Assembly (NCBI GenBank): GCA_038087875.1
Contig: CM075989.1
Coordinates: 17,796,001 to 17,856,000 of the forward strand
Origin: Malacoraja senta
Lineage: Eukaryota
Reading direction: 5' to 3'
Length of the DNA: 60,000 nt
Of this stretch, positions 24,191-37,020 are shown one piece after another. The notes below the pieces were generated by a model. That model had not been told where the DNA came from. It worked only from the letters and a program-made list of their open reading frames with translations, and did not search any database. Both the position numbers and the translations under genes were made by a program. How positions within the stretch are numbered: the stretch's first letter is position 1; each line of letters starts with the position of its first letter.

Positions 24191-25028
24191 TGATGTGCCG
24201 ATTGGGAGTGAATAACGTGTATGCTGTTGGACTCAGCACTCAAATTCCTCTGAGGAACACCAGCCTGATATGATCTGTAACTTTTAGCAGCAGAAATTGA
24301 GTTGTGGCAAACCATCAATGAAACACTGTGGCTCCCTACAATGAGTGTAGGTCGGGGTGGAATCATTCTTTCCATGGCTGCATTTCTTTCTAATTTAAAA
24401 CATGATGGCAAGTTAAGATGAGAACTGTTACATAAAGGAACACCTTGATAAACATCTTAAGAAACAACTCCGCCATGCAGTATGCCTTTTATAATAATTA
24501 CCAGTAACATCATTAATAGCTGCTCGATTTATTGTGGTGAATTTTGGCCAGTTATTTTGATATCTGGAGTTAAAAATAACATCTGCAATATTTTGTAAAG
24601 TATTTATTTAACCTGTGTTTTTTCAGAGCTACGTTCAAATTTATATTTCCCCTTTCTTGTTCGTTTTAATCAATTTTTTTAAATTGCACAGGTTTCTCCT
24701 TCATTTCACCTTCTCCAATAAAGGTTGTGAGGAGTTGTCAGACCACGTTGTACAGGGCTTCACAGAGTGGCAGCCACAGCCGACTAATCTATACCCACAG
24801 ACCCGTTACCTTCCACAAGTTGATCACCTCCAGATTCAGGGACAGTTTCTTCCCAGCTGTTATCAGGCAACTGAACCATCTTATCACCAACTAGAGAGCA
24901 GTCCTGAGCTACTATCTACCTAATTGGAGACCCTCAGACTCTTTCGAATTGGACTTTATTGGACTTTATCTTGCACAAAATGTTATTCCCTTTATCCTGT
25001 ATCCGTGTTCCCTGGACGGATCGATTGT

Positions 25029-25169
25029 CTTCTTCTTCTTGCGTATGGCGTGCACAGCCTAAAGTTGTAGGACAACTTGTTCTATTTGATCTTATTTGAT
25101 TGTGCACACCAGGTTGATTGCATTCGTCGAAACAGGGCGGACCACGTGAAGGTTGCAATCTCCCACCCC
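25029..25169 (-). mobile_element. 141-bp ribozyme-headed short retroposon with an (AAG)n tail, nested in a Rex1/Babar-like fragment
   Basis: 11-bp TSD ggatcgattgt at 25018-25028 and 25170-25180; 3' tail aagaagaag on the minus strand. Confidence 0.85.
25116..25169 (-). ncRNA. Minimal HDV-like (CPEB3-type) self-cleaving ribozyme, 54 nt
   Basis: GGGGUGG-GA-GAUUGCA-ACC-UUCACGU-GGU-CCGCCCU-GUUUCGA-CGAA-UGCAAUC: P1 7 bp with G1.U, P2 7 bp, P3 3 bp, L3 UUCACGU, J4/2 CGAA. Confidence 0.85.
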
Positions 25170-27281
25170 GGATCGATTGTAATCAACATGAATAGTCTTT
25201 CTGCTGACTGGATTAGCACACACCAAAAAAAGCTTTTCACTGTACCTCAGTACACAGTACACGTGACAATAAACTAAACTAAATTGAAAAGTTATACTGT
25301 ATATAGGCCAGACGGTTCTGACACTGGAACCCATGGAAGTCAATAGACAATAGACAATATGCAGGAGTAGTCTACACATCAACCCTTGAGATTTCCATTC
25401 TTTAGTGAGATAGCAATGGCAAGATATTCGAAGCACTAAGCTCAGGAAGATGGATCCTGTCACTGATCCATGTTCTCCAGAGATGCTGCCTGACACGCTG
25501 AGTTACTCCAGTACTTTGTGGCTTTTTTTGTAAAGCAGCATCTGCAGTTCCTCATGTCCAGGCTCAGGGAATCACACACCTGTCCGAGGATGCTAAATAT
25601 TCTGGAAGACATCCCTGAATTGTTACGCTGTCTCCCCGTGAGGCATTTCAACATTGTTCCCCACAGCAGACAGTTTTCTCTCAGTTTACATCGTGATCTT
25701 GCGCTGGTCTACTCGCCCAGTCCCTGAGCCCTGGTTTTTGGTGAGCCCCATCCATGGGGCCTGGGCCCACACCTGATCTTCGTGCAGAGTTATTCCCCTT
25801 TTGAATTGGCAAGATGTGCCTTCACGCATCCTTCCCATGCTACACGATCACAACATGGTAGATGCATTCAGATTTCATGGTAGGATATCACATGCAAGCG
25901 CAGGCTTCATTGAATATCCGGAGATGAGGGAGCCATCTTCAACTTACAAACTTCTCAAAATTCCACTGACACTTTGGTTTTCCTTACATCAAGAACTCAA
26001 AATGCATCGTCTGGAGTTGATTTCCCATTGAATGCTTTCTTGTGTCAGAATGGAATGATTACAACATTGTGGAATACCACAAAGAGTTTATTACCAACCT
26101 TTCCAAAGTGCTCGTGCCTGTCTGAAGGGTTAGAGACCCTTGGATGTAATTCTTTATAGCTCCCATGATAGACACAAAAAGCTGGAGTAACTCAGCGGGT
26201 CAGGCAGCATTTCTGGAAAAATATCACTCATTCCTTTTCTCCAGAGATGCTGCCTGACCAGCCGAGTTACTCCAGCTTTTTGTGTCTATCTTTGGTGTAA
26301 AACCAGCATCCACAGTTCCTTCCTACACTCTTTATAGCTCCTGTTCAGTTAAGCGTCTGAAGGCCAATCATTATAATCAAATGGAATTGCACTTTATCTG
26401 CAGTTACTGAAGGTCACGTCTGCATGGTTAGAGTTCCCGGTCATTTGGCACGGGTTTAGAGCAGGAAGAGTCAGCTGATTTCACCAGGGAACGCCGACAC
26501 AGCCTGCCACAGTATGGAGCCATTATTTATCTTGCACAGTCGGGGTTAAAGCACTTTCCCCAGCCGCAGAGCCGCACCACCAGTAAATGTATCTGCATCC
26601 AATTACCGAGGGATTGAGATTCAAGATTCAAGAGAGTTTATTGTCATGTGTCCCTGATAGGACATTGAAATTCTTGCTTTGCTTTTGCACACCAGAACAT
26701 AGTAGGCACGAACACAGAACAGATCAGTGTGTCCATACACCATTAAATAAATATATACACACATGAATAAATAAACTGATAAAGTGCAAATAAACAGATA
26801 ATGGGCTATTAATGTTCAGAGTTTTGTCCGAGCCGAGTTTAATAGCCTGATGGCTGTTGGGAAGTAGCTATTCCTGAACGTTCACTGCACGACAAGGCAG
26901 TTGGTAATAAAGTTCCCAGATTATTTTCATCCTGTGGGAAACGGTGCCTGCGAAACTGCCGTCATCACAGCCGGTGCAAAGGGGTTTGAACTTTCCCTAC
27001 TGGAGATCTATAAACAGAAGGGCTTTGATTTCAAAGCTTTACACTCCACACTCAAGGTTTGTTTTTCTAAATGGGGCTGTGTTTCCCTCATCACTGGGCA
27101 ACATCAAGGTCCAAAAGTCCTTCTGCTGAATGTTTGAGAAAGATGTCTGCAAATAATTTATAAATCTCACCACTGCACAGAGTAATGCAATGTGCAGCAC
27201 TGGGAAGCCGCAGTATGGAGAGTTGGACTGAACACTGCATCAATAATGTTTATATAAGCACTGTAAATCTGAATTTCCAGT

Positions 27282-28066
27282 TAGGCTGTGGGCCGAGCAT
27301 CAAAAATGTGTCTAGAAATCACCTTTCGTGACCCATGTCTCGGAACTACATTAAATTTTGCACAGATTTAGATAAAATATAATTGAGAAGGAAGTCATTC
27401 TGCTGAATGCCAAAAGTTGGACATCAATTAATTAAACTCATTAGAAATTAATGAATTAAACTCATTAAAATCATTTGGGACCGGCTGCGGGCTCCGTACG
27501 GGTGGCCCCGTAGCACGTCCAACTCGGCCAGCATTCCCTTCTGGTGGTGATGAAGGTAGGGAGCAGCACTGGCCTGCACGCAGCCCGGGCCGCCTTCAGC
27601 ACCCCCATAGCGCAGGCTCCATCAGACCGCCCGCACGCTCGCTGCAACACCAGCCTACCGACAGCCCAACCGACCCCTCGCAGCACCCACCGGAGACCAG
27701 GCACGACCGACCGCTCTCACCACAGCAAGGTGAGCATTACCTTTATCCTTGGAAACCTTGCTATTGTTTTGATGTAATGAGGAGGCAGCCATGATCCCAG
27801 GGTCCTCGCTGCCTAGCGACCATAAAACAAAGCGTGGGATTTGTCAATTTGCGTACGACCTCAATGTCAAACGTGCATTGATTGGGCAATTACTACTCAT
27901 AAAATTTGAGGTTTTTCCTCATATTTCTTAAAAATGTGTAGGTTTTGGTCTTGATGAGTTTCAGGTATGATTTATATAATATTTTTACACAACATGTTAA
28001 AAATTCAGGTAGTTCCGTGAGTTGGGTCACGAAAATGAACGAAAAAGCTCCTCGGCCCACAGCCTA
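27282..28066. mobile_element. Non-autonomous DNA transposon (MITE) with terminal and subterminal inverted repeats
   Basis: taggctgtgggccgag ... ctcggcccacagccta; inner pair at about 27326-27350 and 28009-28033. Confidence 0.8.
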
Positions 28067-31000
28067 AGTACAGTTTTCAATAATGTCATGGAGAACCTAT
28101 TTTAACCCATAGATGATTAAGTACTATACAATGTGTGCTATACAATGAAAGATCCAAATAAACAACTTACATTTAAAATGCAATATGATGAAACCAGATT
28201 AAACCAGTGAATTCAGGATAAATTAGTTTTCTGTGATTTTCTCTTGATGATGTGGGCGAAGAATTCTGTCACTCATTGTGCACAAGAAGATAGACACCAA
28301 GTGCTGGAGTAACTCGTCGGGTCAGGCAGCATCTCTGGAGAAAAAGGATGGGTGACGTTTCAGGTCGGGACCCTTCTTCAGACCCGAACCGTCACCCAGA
28401 CATGCTGCCTGGCCCGCTGACTTACTCCAGCACTTTGTGTCTATCTTCAGTATAAACCAGCATCTGCAGTTCTTTTCTACACAATAATTGTGCACAGTTT
28501 TATGTAAGCTGCTGATTTATCTAAGTAATGGTTTTGCACTTTCAGCATGATGTTTGGAATATATTGATTAACCACTTTGATTAAATCTTTACATTCTCTA
28601 AATTAATAATCTCTGAGTAATATTCTCTGAGTAATGACCTGAAATGTGGAGACTGGCCACTCTGTACGTCCTCACACCCACCCCTCCACTCTCCATCCCT
28701 GGACACATCTATTTTATGTCCAACACCCCACGTGGCTAAAAATAAGATAGACACAAAAAGCTGGAGTAACTCAGCAGGGCAGACAGCATCTCTGGAGAAA
28801 AGGAACAGGTGACATTTCGGGTTGAGACATTTCTGCAGACTGAAGGTCCAAAAGACTGTCCAAAGGTCTGTAGAACAGTCTCAAACTGAAACGTCATCTA
28901 GTCCTTTCGTCCAGAAATGCTGCCTGACCCCGCTGAGTTACTCCAGCATTTTGTGTCTATCTTCAGTGTAAACCAGCATCTGTAATTGCTTCCTACAAAT
29001 TCTGTCTGCTGAAAATATGGAATGTCGTAAAATGAATTTAGTTAAATATTCAATTGATCAAACTTAGAATATGAACAAACAATAGATTAGAGTTTTTATG
29101 CATGGCTTTTATTTCTATTAACATGTTTTAATCAGTGATTTAAAAAGTAAGGCTACAGAGCACATGTCCCATTGAATGTTTTACTTTGAATGACACCTTT
29201 GAACAGACTATATTCATTCATCATCGTTGAAAACATTAGTGACGCAGTGGCGCTGGTTTCCAACGGGAACGGTGACAGACACACCACACATCTCTGTCCT
29301 CCAGTTCCTGCGGACTTCTGCTGCTGGAAGTATAGGGTTTTGGTGTGTGTGCTTTATCATCATTCCTTACAATGTTATGTACGACAGTGATCACAACTTC
29401 CACTGAAGTGTTGATGGCCGTTGGCTCGCTAGAAGCTCATCCGCCCTTTGACTGGTCTTGTTTTTGGTCCTGCTGGGGGTCCACAGCCCCCTCCTCACCT
29501 GGCAAACCAGGTGGGGGAGACAGTTTAGAAACCGACTATCTGACCATGGAGCAGGTAGCACGGGATTACATGGTACCCGTGGCGGGGGGAACTCACCCCG
29601 ACAGACTATAGTTGATGTGTTACTAATGTTCACATGAGCACAACAGCAGCAGAGACAAATTAATTCATAACATGATGATCAAACTTATAGTATATTGCAT
29701 GGATCGCATGTCACATACAAAGTAAATGCTTTAAACACTTGCGTTTGTGGGGGTTTTATACAGAAGGAACGGATAAGCCTCCGTTTAATATTTCCATTAA
29801 AATGGATGAATTGATGTCTAAAATGGGGAATAATGTCAAATAAGTTCCAGGGAATTATACACAAATACATCAGCCATAAAGTATGTGCTAATAACTGAAA
29901 TCTAATTTCAAGAAATGATTTCCTTTTGTGTTTGGGTTTGTCCAAGAGTGGGAATAACAAGTACTTCTGTCAAAGTAGAGTCCTGGCTCACACACACAGC
30001 TCGGAGAGTTCAATGAATAACATTAGAATCATCCAGTAACAACAGAATGAAACCCCAACAAGCACACTTCCTTTCAGATGGGAGGATGACTTGCAAAGGG
30101 CATGTAATTCAAAACTAATATCAAAGTGAAAATGAGTCACAAGGAAATGTTGCCAAAGTCACATTTAGTTATTACACATTTAGGAATCTGAAGATGGGTC
30201 TGGACCCGAAACATCACCCATTCCTTCTCTCCAGAGATGTTGCCTGTCCCGCGGAGTTACTCCAGCATTTTGGTTTATCTTCGGTGTAAACCAGCATCTG
30301 CAGTTCCATCCTGCACAGAAAAAAAATCGTTATGCAGCTGGTTATAAATCTTTGGATTCTCAACCTTTTCACTGTGGATCCTCAGTCACTGAGAATGTTT
30401 TAGGAACTCCAGTTACTTGTAATGTTTTCAACAGACGGAGAGCAGGAACATGGAGCAAACAGAAATGGAAATTCCCATCCAGTGATTCCGGTGAACAGTT
30501 TGTGTCTATGAATTGAGTGTTGGAATCAAATGTGCCAGGTTATAATGTGTCAGACTGTAGTGATGGACAAGATGGTATAAATCAACCTCAAAGTCTTTAA
30601 TGTAATAAGATTCTAGATTAACAGGATTCTTTCAGACTGAGTTTACAATTTATTCCAAACTCATTTTGTTTTTAATAAGCAGATTTGAGGTACTGTTTTT
30701 AATGTAACAGAGACACTTGTTATAAACCAGATGCTTTTTTTTGATATGACAGATTATTAATCTAACATCTCATCAATTTTCTCATGTTTTAATGCAAGCA
30801 CATCAGTGTAAAGAAAACATTTTCTTTATAAGAATTGCGAGCCATGTTCTAAGAATAATCACAGTCCCAGCACAAACACTGTGTGTAACAATGTCGTGCC
30901 AAATTAAACCATGGAGATCCACGTCATTTTTTAAATGGGACCCAAACTTTAACATTGATGACTGCTCAGCAATTAGAGTCATAGAATCATAGTCTTACAG

Positions 31001-32125
31001 TGTGGAAACAGGCCCTTCAGCTCAACTTACACACACCGACCAACATGTCCCATCTACACTAGTCCCGCCTGCCTGTGTTTGGCCCATAAAAAAAATCTAC
31101 ACTCAAATGCTGCAAGAGTCTTTGCAGCATCATTCACATAGACAACACAACAGTTGCCAAACTCAAACATTCCCATGTATTACAGCAAAATATTTGGGAT
31201 TGTCTAATTATTTTTCCCCAAAGCAGTTTTCAGAAGTTTATCAACTTGCCCTTCCACTAACTGCAGATGCTCCAGGAGCCTGTCTCTGTCTCCCTGGAAG
31301 TTCTCACCAGCTGGTATTCCCACAGCTTTACCTGGGTATGTACGTACAATGGTGGCAGACACCTTACTCTGGGCTGCTCTGACCAGTGTTTTGCAGACCT
31401 ACAATTGACTCTGGTCCTGGATAAACTCCAAACTCCACACTTTGGGACAACCTCTTGTAATAACAACAGCTCAGTTAGACGTTATGGAGACACAAGGAAC
31501 TGCAGATGCTAGTTTGCAAATAGTTACACAAAGTGCAGGAGGCCAGGCAGCATCTCTGGAGAAGGTGATCTTTGGGATCAGGTCCCTTCTTCAGTCTAGT
31601 TTAGTTTAGGGATACAAGGCGGAAACAGGCCGCTCTGTCCACAGGCCGAGTCTGTGCCGAGCAGTGATCCCCGCACATTAACACTATCCGACACAGACTA
31701 GGGACAATATTGCAATTTTACCAAGCCAATTAACCTACAACCCTCAACGTCTTTGGAGTGTGGGAGGAAACTGGAGCTCCCGGAGAGAACCCATGCAGGT
31801 CACGGGGAGAACATACAAACTCAATACAGACAGTACCTGCAGTCATCAGGATTGAACCTGGGTGTCTGGCACGGTAAGGCAGCAACTCTACAGCTATGCC
31901 ACCGTGCCGCGCTGGGCTTTATGTCGTTCAGAAGGCCAGGCAGAGATCAAATTACTGGGTATTGTGTCCAGGTGAGCACTGGCAAAATTGTTACACATTG
32001 AAAATTAATTCATTTGTGTTGGTATTTCAGTTGGGATTTTTAAATTTTCCATTAAAAAAAATCCAGGGTTAGGGTGAGGATTAGAACACCCAAACCAAAA
32101 AATGTGAAGTCCGCACCTTTGTTGT

Positions 32126-32260
32126 CTACAGGGAACGAGCCACGAGTTCCTCAAATGCTCTTTCTCGATGGTTGCTATGGATGAGAAGAGCTTCTTTAAT
32201 ATCTTCATGATGAAAGCCCATCTCATCGAACTGCGTCATGAGGGTCAGGAATTCCTTTGC
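32126..32260 (-). CDS. UBAP1L: UBAP1-like, last coding exon (AKEFLTLMTQFDEMGFHHEDIKEALLIHSNHRERAFEELVARSL; UBA/SOUBA)
   Basis: MGF UBA motif; AG acceptor at 32261-32262; TAG stop; 135 nt. Confidence 0.92.
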   Translation of the reverse strand, partial: AKEFLTLMTQFDEMGFHHEDIKEALLIHSNHRERAFEELVARSL

Positions 32261-33400
32261 CTTCGTGGAAAAAACGATGTGAGGAAGAATAAAGGAATTA
32301 TTGAAGTTTGGCAGGAAACAAACGCAAGCTAGACAATCAGCTCTGGACATCTTTGGAAATGTGGCAATGGAATCTAGACAAATATTAACCGAGGGCTTAT
32401 CTCATCATCTAAAATGAAAACAGTATGGTCTGCAGAGAGATTTTTCTGTTTAGTTTTAAGAAGTTTCTGGAACTTTCACACAGTCTTGGATCTCATAACC
32501 GTGCACCTTGTAATTAAATGTCCCCAGCATTGGCAATTTCCATTTGAATTCAAAGTTCCATCACTTAATTAATAAATGAATCTAGAAAGAGTGCAGAGAG
32601 GATTTACGACTATGTTGCATGAACTAGAAGGCCTGTGCTATAGGGAGTGGTTGGGTAGGTGAGGACTTTATTCCTTAGAGCGCTGGGGGGGGGGTGATCT
32701 TATAGAGCTGTATCAAATCATGAGGGGATTAGATAGGGTGAATGCACAGACTCTTTTACCAATGGTAGGGAAATCGAGTACCAGCGGCATAGGTGAAAGA
32801 TGAGAGGGGAAAGATTTATTAGGAACCTGAGGGCAACTTTTTCACACTAAAGATAGTGGATATACGAAACAAGCTGACAGAGAAAGTACGCAGAAAAAAG
32901 CTGGAGCAACACGGCGGGTCAGGCAGCATCTCTGGAGAAAAGGAATAGATGACGTTTCGGGTCGAGACCCTTCTGAAATGTCACCTATTCCTTTTCACCA
33001 GGGAGGTGCGTGACCCGCTGAGTTACTCCAGCTTTTTGTGTCAATCATCGGTTTAAACCAGCATCTGCAGTTCCTTCCTACACATTTTTCCAGAGGAAGC
33101 AGTTGAGGTAGGTACAATAACAACATTTAAAAGACATTTGGACATGTACTGGAAAGGTTAAGAGGGATATGGGACATCATGGGAAAAAGGGACTAGCTTA
33201 GATGACCAAACTTGGTCAACATGGACGACTTGGACTGAAGGGTATGACTATGACTATATAAACGCAAGCTATTCCTTGTGAAATTAGACATTCCTAGATG
33301 GTAATGTGTGGATAAGCTTCATTCTCAGAATGATTGGTACAGAATGGGGAGAGAAGGGAACGATTCTTCTTAAAACGCCGTAGATTAAGGATGCTCAAAC

Positions 33401-33502
33401 CTTTTCCTCAGAATTCTGAAAAATCTCCATAGCTTCTTCGACAAGTCGCTCCTTGTAGCCTTCCATACAGAGGCGGTCCTGGGTTCTCAGGTACTTGAGG
33501 AT
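33401..33502 (-). CDS. UBAP1L: UBAP1L exon (ILKYLRTQDRLCMEGYKERLVEEAMEIFQNSEEK)
   Basis: cAG acceptor and GT donor; 102 nt, phase 0-0; second SOUBA repeat. Confidence 0.92.
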
Positions 33503-34593
33503 CTGGCAAGAAACCACAGGACAATTAATTAATGAAAGGATCAGAAAGAAACCACCTCTGAACTTACTTTTCATGCAAGTATGAAACCAACCCTCAACAA
33601 AGTTGTGAGCACTGACGTTTATTAACATTTGACATCAGTAGACCAGTCTCAAATAATGTGTCAAGGGATCAGTCTCATTTAGCATCGTTTAACAAACCAG
33701 TTTATGTCAGTTCACTACTGGTACATTCACTGTTATAAGAAAATGGTTGGAAGAAATTAAAAACATTCAAATTAAACTAAATTTCTTAATTTAGTTTAAT
33801 TTCATTTTAGACTAAAACCCCCAGATTATCTGAGAATTACTTTTACTTAATTATACATAAAGCATTTCAGATTAAAATTTAAATAGTTTCTTCATATTAA
33901 TTTATATTTGCACACAAACGTTACATATGCACATTAACATCTGCTTGTAAAATATATCTGCACTCATAAATACAGTGAGCTTGCAGACGGCTTTGATTTC
34001 ATTACTGAATGCAATGAAACATTGAAGGGTTTATAAGGAGTGAATATCACATGGCAATGCAGTCAAGTGGGGGCTTGATTAAAGATTTTATATTTGAGAG
34101 TTGTCAAAATCCTGCAGTAATATATCTTATAACTATAATCTAAAAAAGTACAAGTTCCCATGTAATCATAAGTTCACAAACCATTGGAGCAGAATTAGGC
34201 CATTCAGCCCATTGATCCATAGATTGATTGCTGGGTACTGTATAAGAATGCATGGCATCTTCCATGACTCAGCTGGGAAATGTTACTGCTTATGCAACTG
34301 CACAGAATATGAGTTTACTGCAAGGTGACAGCTACTCATCTTATAATAGGTAGAATGAATCTAATGAGGCTGAGTGAATCAGTGTCTAACAATGTGGCCC
34401 CTCTGTTTAATCACTGCCTGGGTGCAGAGTCTCTGTACCTCTGAGGTGGGCCCCATCTTATCCAGCAGCAGAAACACACAGCTGACTGAACCTCACAACC
34501 TCACAACATCTTCGAAGGCTTCAGGATTCTGCTTATTCGCAAAATTAATATAAACCAAAAAACAATTCAAATTCTATATAATTTTAGTATATA

Positions 34594-35287
34594 CTAGACC
34601 AAGTGCAGACCCGTTGGGTCTGTTCCCGCAAAGCGCGGTTGCAAGGGGGGGGGCGGCCTGATGTCATCGCGCAACGCCACGCGCTAGGCGTACGCCGTCA
34701 AGATGCTGCTTACGACGGTGAGACGCTGTGTACGACGTCGAGACGCTGCGTACGCTCGTCAAGACGCTGCGTACGCCCTCAATGCGCCTGCGGGCCGACA
34801 GGCCGTTGATGCGCGGGATTTTCGGACAGTGCAAGCCAGCGAGGACGGCGAAAAACAGCGGGGGGAGCAGGCGATCTTTGGCTTCGGCCAGCGTGACATA
34901 ACCGGGCCGGGGGGGGGGGAGTGGGAAGTGGAGGAAGTAAAATCGCTAGCGAAATGTGAAAAATGTCTGCGTTTTTGAAGGAGAGCCGGGCGGCAGCAGC
35001 CGTTATGGTCGCGCGTGGCACGCGATGAGAAGGTGGCCAGCAGGAGGCGACAATATGAGTGAGTGGGGGGGGGGGGGGAAGGATTTTATTTTAAATGTGT
35101 ACAGAAAAATGACTACATTTAATGAGGAGTGGATGAGCGAATGTAAAAGTGAAATCGCTAGTGAAATGGTAAAAATCTCGGCGTTTTAGCGTCTGGTTTT
35201 GGCAGAGTAAAGAATCAAAGGCCAAAAATATGATATACGCCAAAAATATGACATACACACACACACACACAGAGTTTTAAAAGTATA
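34594..35287 (-). mobile_element. Non-autonomous Helitron, copy 1
   Basis: Minus-strand 3' end: hairpin cagaccc-aac-gggtctg, then cacttggtCTAG, then T; internal tandem units of about 20 bp. Confidence 0.8.
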
Positions 35288-35958
35288 CTAGACCAAGTGC
35301 AGACCTGTTGGGTCTCTTCCCGCAACGCGCGGTTGCAAGGGGGGACGGCCTGACGTCATCGCGCAACGCCACGCGCTAGGCATACGCCGTCAAGACGCTG
35401 CGTACGACGTGAAGACGCTGCGTACGACATCACGACGCTGCGTACGACGTCAAGATGCTGCGTACGCCCTCAATGTGCCTGCGGGCAGACAGGCCGTTGA
35501 TGTGCGGGATTTTCGGACAGTGCAAGCCAGCGAGGACGGCGAAAAGCAGCGGGGGGAGCAGGCGATCTTTGGCTTCGGCCAGCGTGACAGAGCCAGGCCG
35601 GGGGGGGGGGGGGGGGGAAGTGGAGGAAGTAAAATCGCTAGCGAAATGGGAAAAATGTCGGCGTTTTTGGAGGAGAGCCGGGCGGCAGCAGCCGTTATGG
35701 TCGCTGGCCAGCAGGAGGCGAAAAAATGAGTGAGTGGGGGGGGGGGGGGGGGGGAAGGATTTTATTAAAAATGTGTACAGAAAAATGACTAAATTTAATG
35801 AGGAGTGGATATGCGAATGTAAAAGTAAAATCGCTAGCGAAATGGTAAAAATCTCTGAGTTTTTGCGTGTGGTTTTGGCGGACCAACGAATCAAAGACAA
35901 AATCAAAATGACATACACCTGACATACACCCACACACACAGTTTTAAAAGTATATAGA
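35288..35958 (-). mobile_element. Non-autonomous Helitron, copy 2 (complete: A/TC ... CTAG/T)
   Basis: 5' TCtatatac at 35958; 3' hairpin plus CTAG at 35288; no TSD; highly similar to copy 1. Confidence 0.8.
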
Positions 35959-35974
35959 TAAATAGATAGATAGA

Positions 35975-36325
35975 TAAAATTATGAGAGGCATACATAGGG
36001 AAGACAGTCAGAACCATTTTCCCCAGGGTGGAAATGTCCAACACCAGAGGGCATAACTATAAGGTGAGAGGGGGGAAGTTTAATGGAGATGTGCGGGGCA
36101 AGTTTTTTCTCACACAGAGTAGTGGGGGCCTATAATGCATTGTCTGGGGTGGTGGTGGAGGCAGATATGATCGTGGCATTTAACAGAGTTTTAGACAGGC
36201 ACATGGGAGTGCAGAGAATAGAGATATGCATCATATGCAGGTAGATGAGATCAGTTCAGCTAGGCATCATATTTGGCACAAACGTTGTGGGCCGTAGGGC
36301 CTGTTCATGTGTTGTACTGTTCTAA
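35975..36325 (+). mobile_element. CR1-type LINE 3' fragment
   Basis: Similar to the other CR1 3' ends in the window (accagagggcata...gggcctgttc). Confidence 0.7.
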
Positions 36326-36714
36326 GCTCTAACAGCACTTTAAGATTCACTAAAATCTGGTCAGATGCAAAAAAAACATTCAGTGTGGGAAGTGGCAACA
36401 GTTTATCAATAGAACTCGTTCCTTACTTTCAAATCATTCTAAAGTTGGACATTAAGAAGGTACAAGGAACGTAGCTGGAGCCAAAAGAAATGTTTGCAGC
36501 TCAGTTTCTCTCATTAGATTTACCGTGCAGCTGAAGTGATTGTGAGCTGGATATTTAAGCACATTTAATGCAAAATGGTTTCAGTTTTCATGCCGTGACA
36601 GAATTTAACCCCAAAGCAATGGTGAACCTGACAGTCCTTACCTTTTTTACCAATGCAAACCATTTATCAACCTCATGCAACCATAGTGGAGCAGGGTCAA
36701 TAAATACAAACAGC

Positions 36715-37020
36715 AGTTTAGTTTAGTCTTGAAATACGAAGTAGCAGGCCCTTCGGCCCACCGAGACTGTGCTGACCAGCGATCCCCGCACACTGACACT
36801 ATCCTACACACAAGGGACAATTTACAATTTACATAAGCCAATTAGCCTACAAACCTGTAGACTTTGGAGTGTGGGAGGAAACCTGAGCTCCTGGAGAAAA
36901 CCCACGCAGGTCATGGGGAAAACATACAAACCCCCTACAGACAGCACCCATAGTCAGGAGCGAACTCAGGTCTCTGGCGCTGTAAGGCAGCAACTCTACC
37001 GCTGCGCCACCATGCCGCCC
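36715..37020 (-). mobile_element. HE1/V-SINE-like SINE
   Basis: Full-length reverse complement of the family with a (ctaaa)n tail. Confidence 0.75.

Noticed and set aside
25560..26100. ORF 25801..26031 with a faint LINE endonuclease-like VDAFR motif
   Set aside because: Too degenerate to support any call
29494..29517. Hairpin cacctgg-caaa-ccaggtg (inverted E-boxes)
   Set aside because: A single short stem, expected by chance in 60 kb
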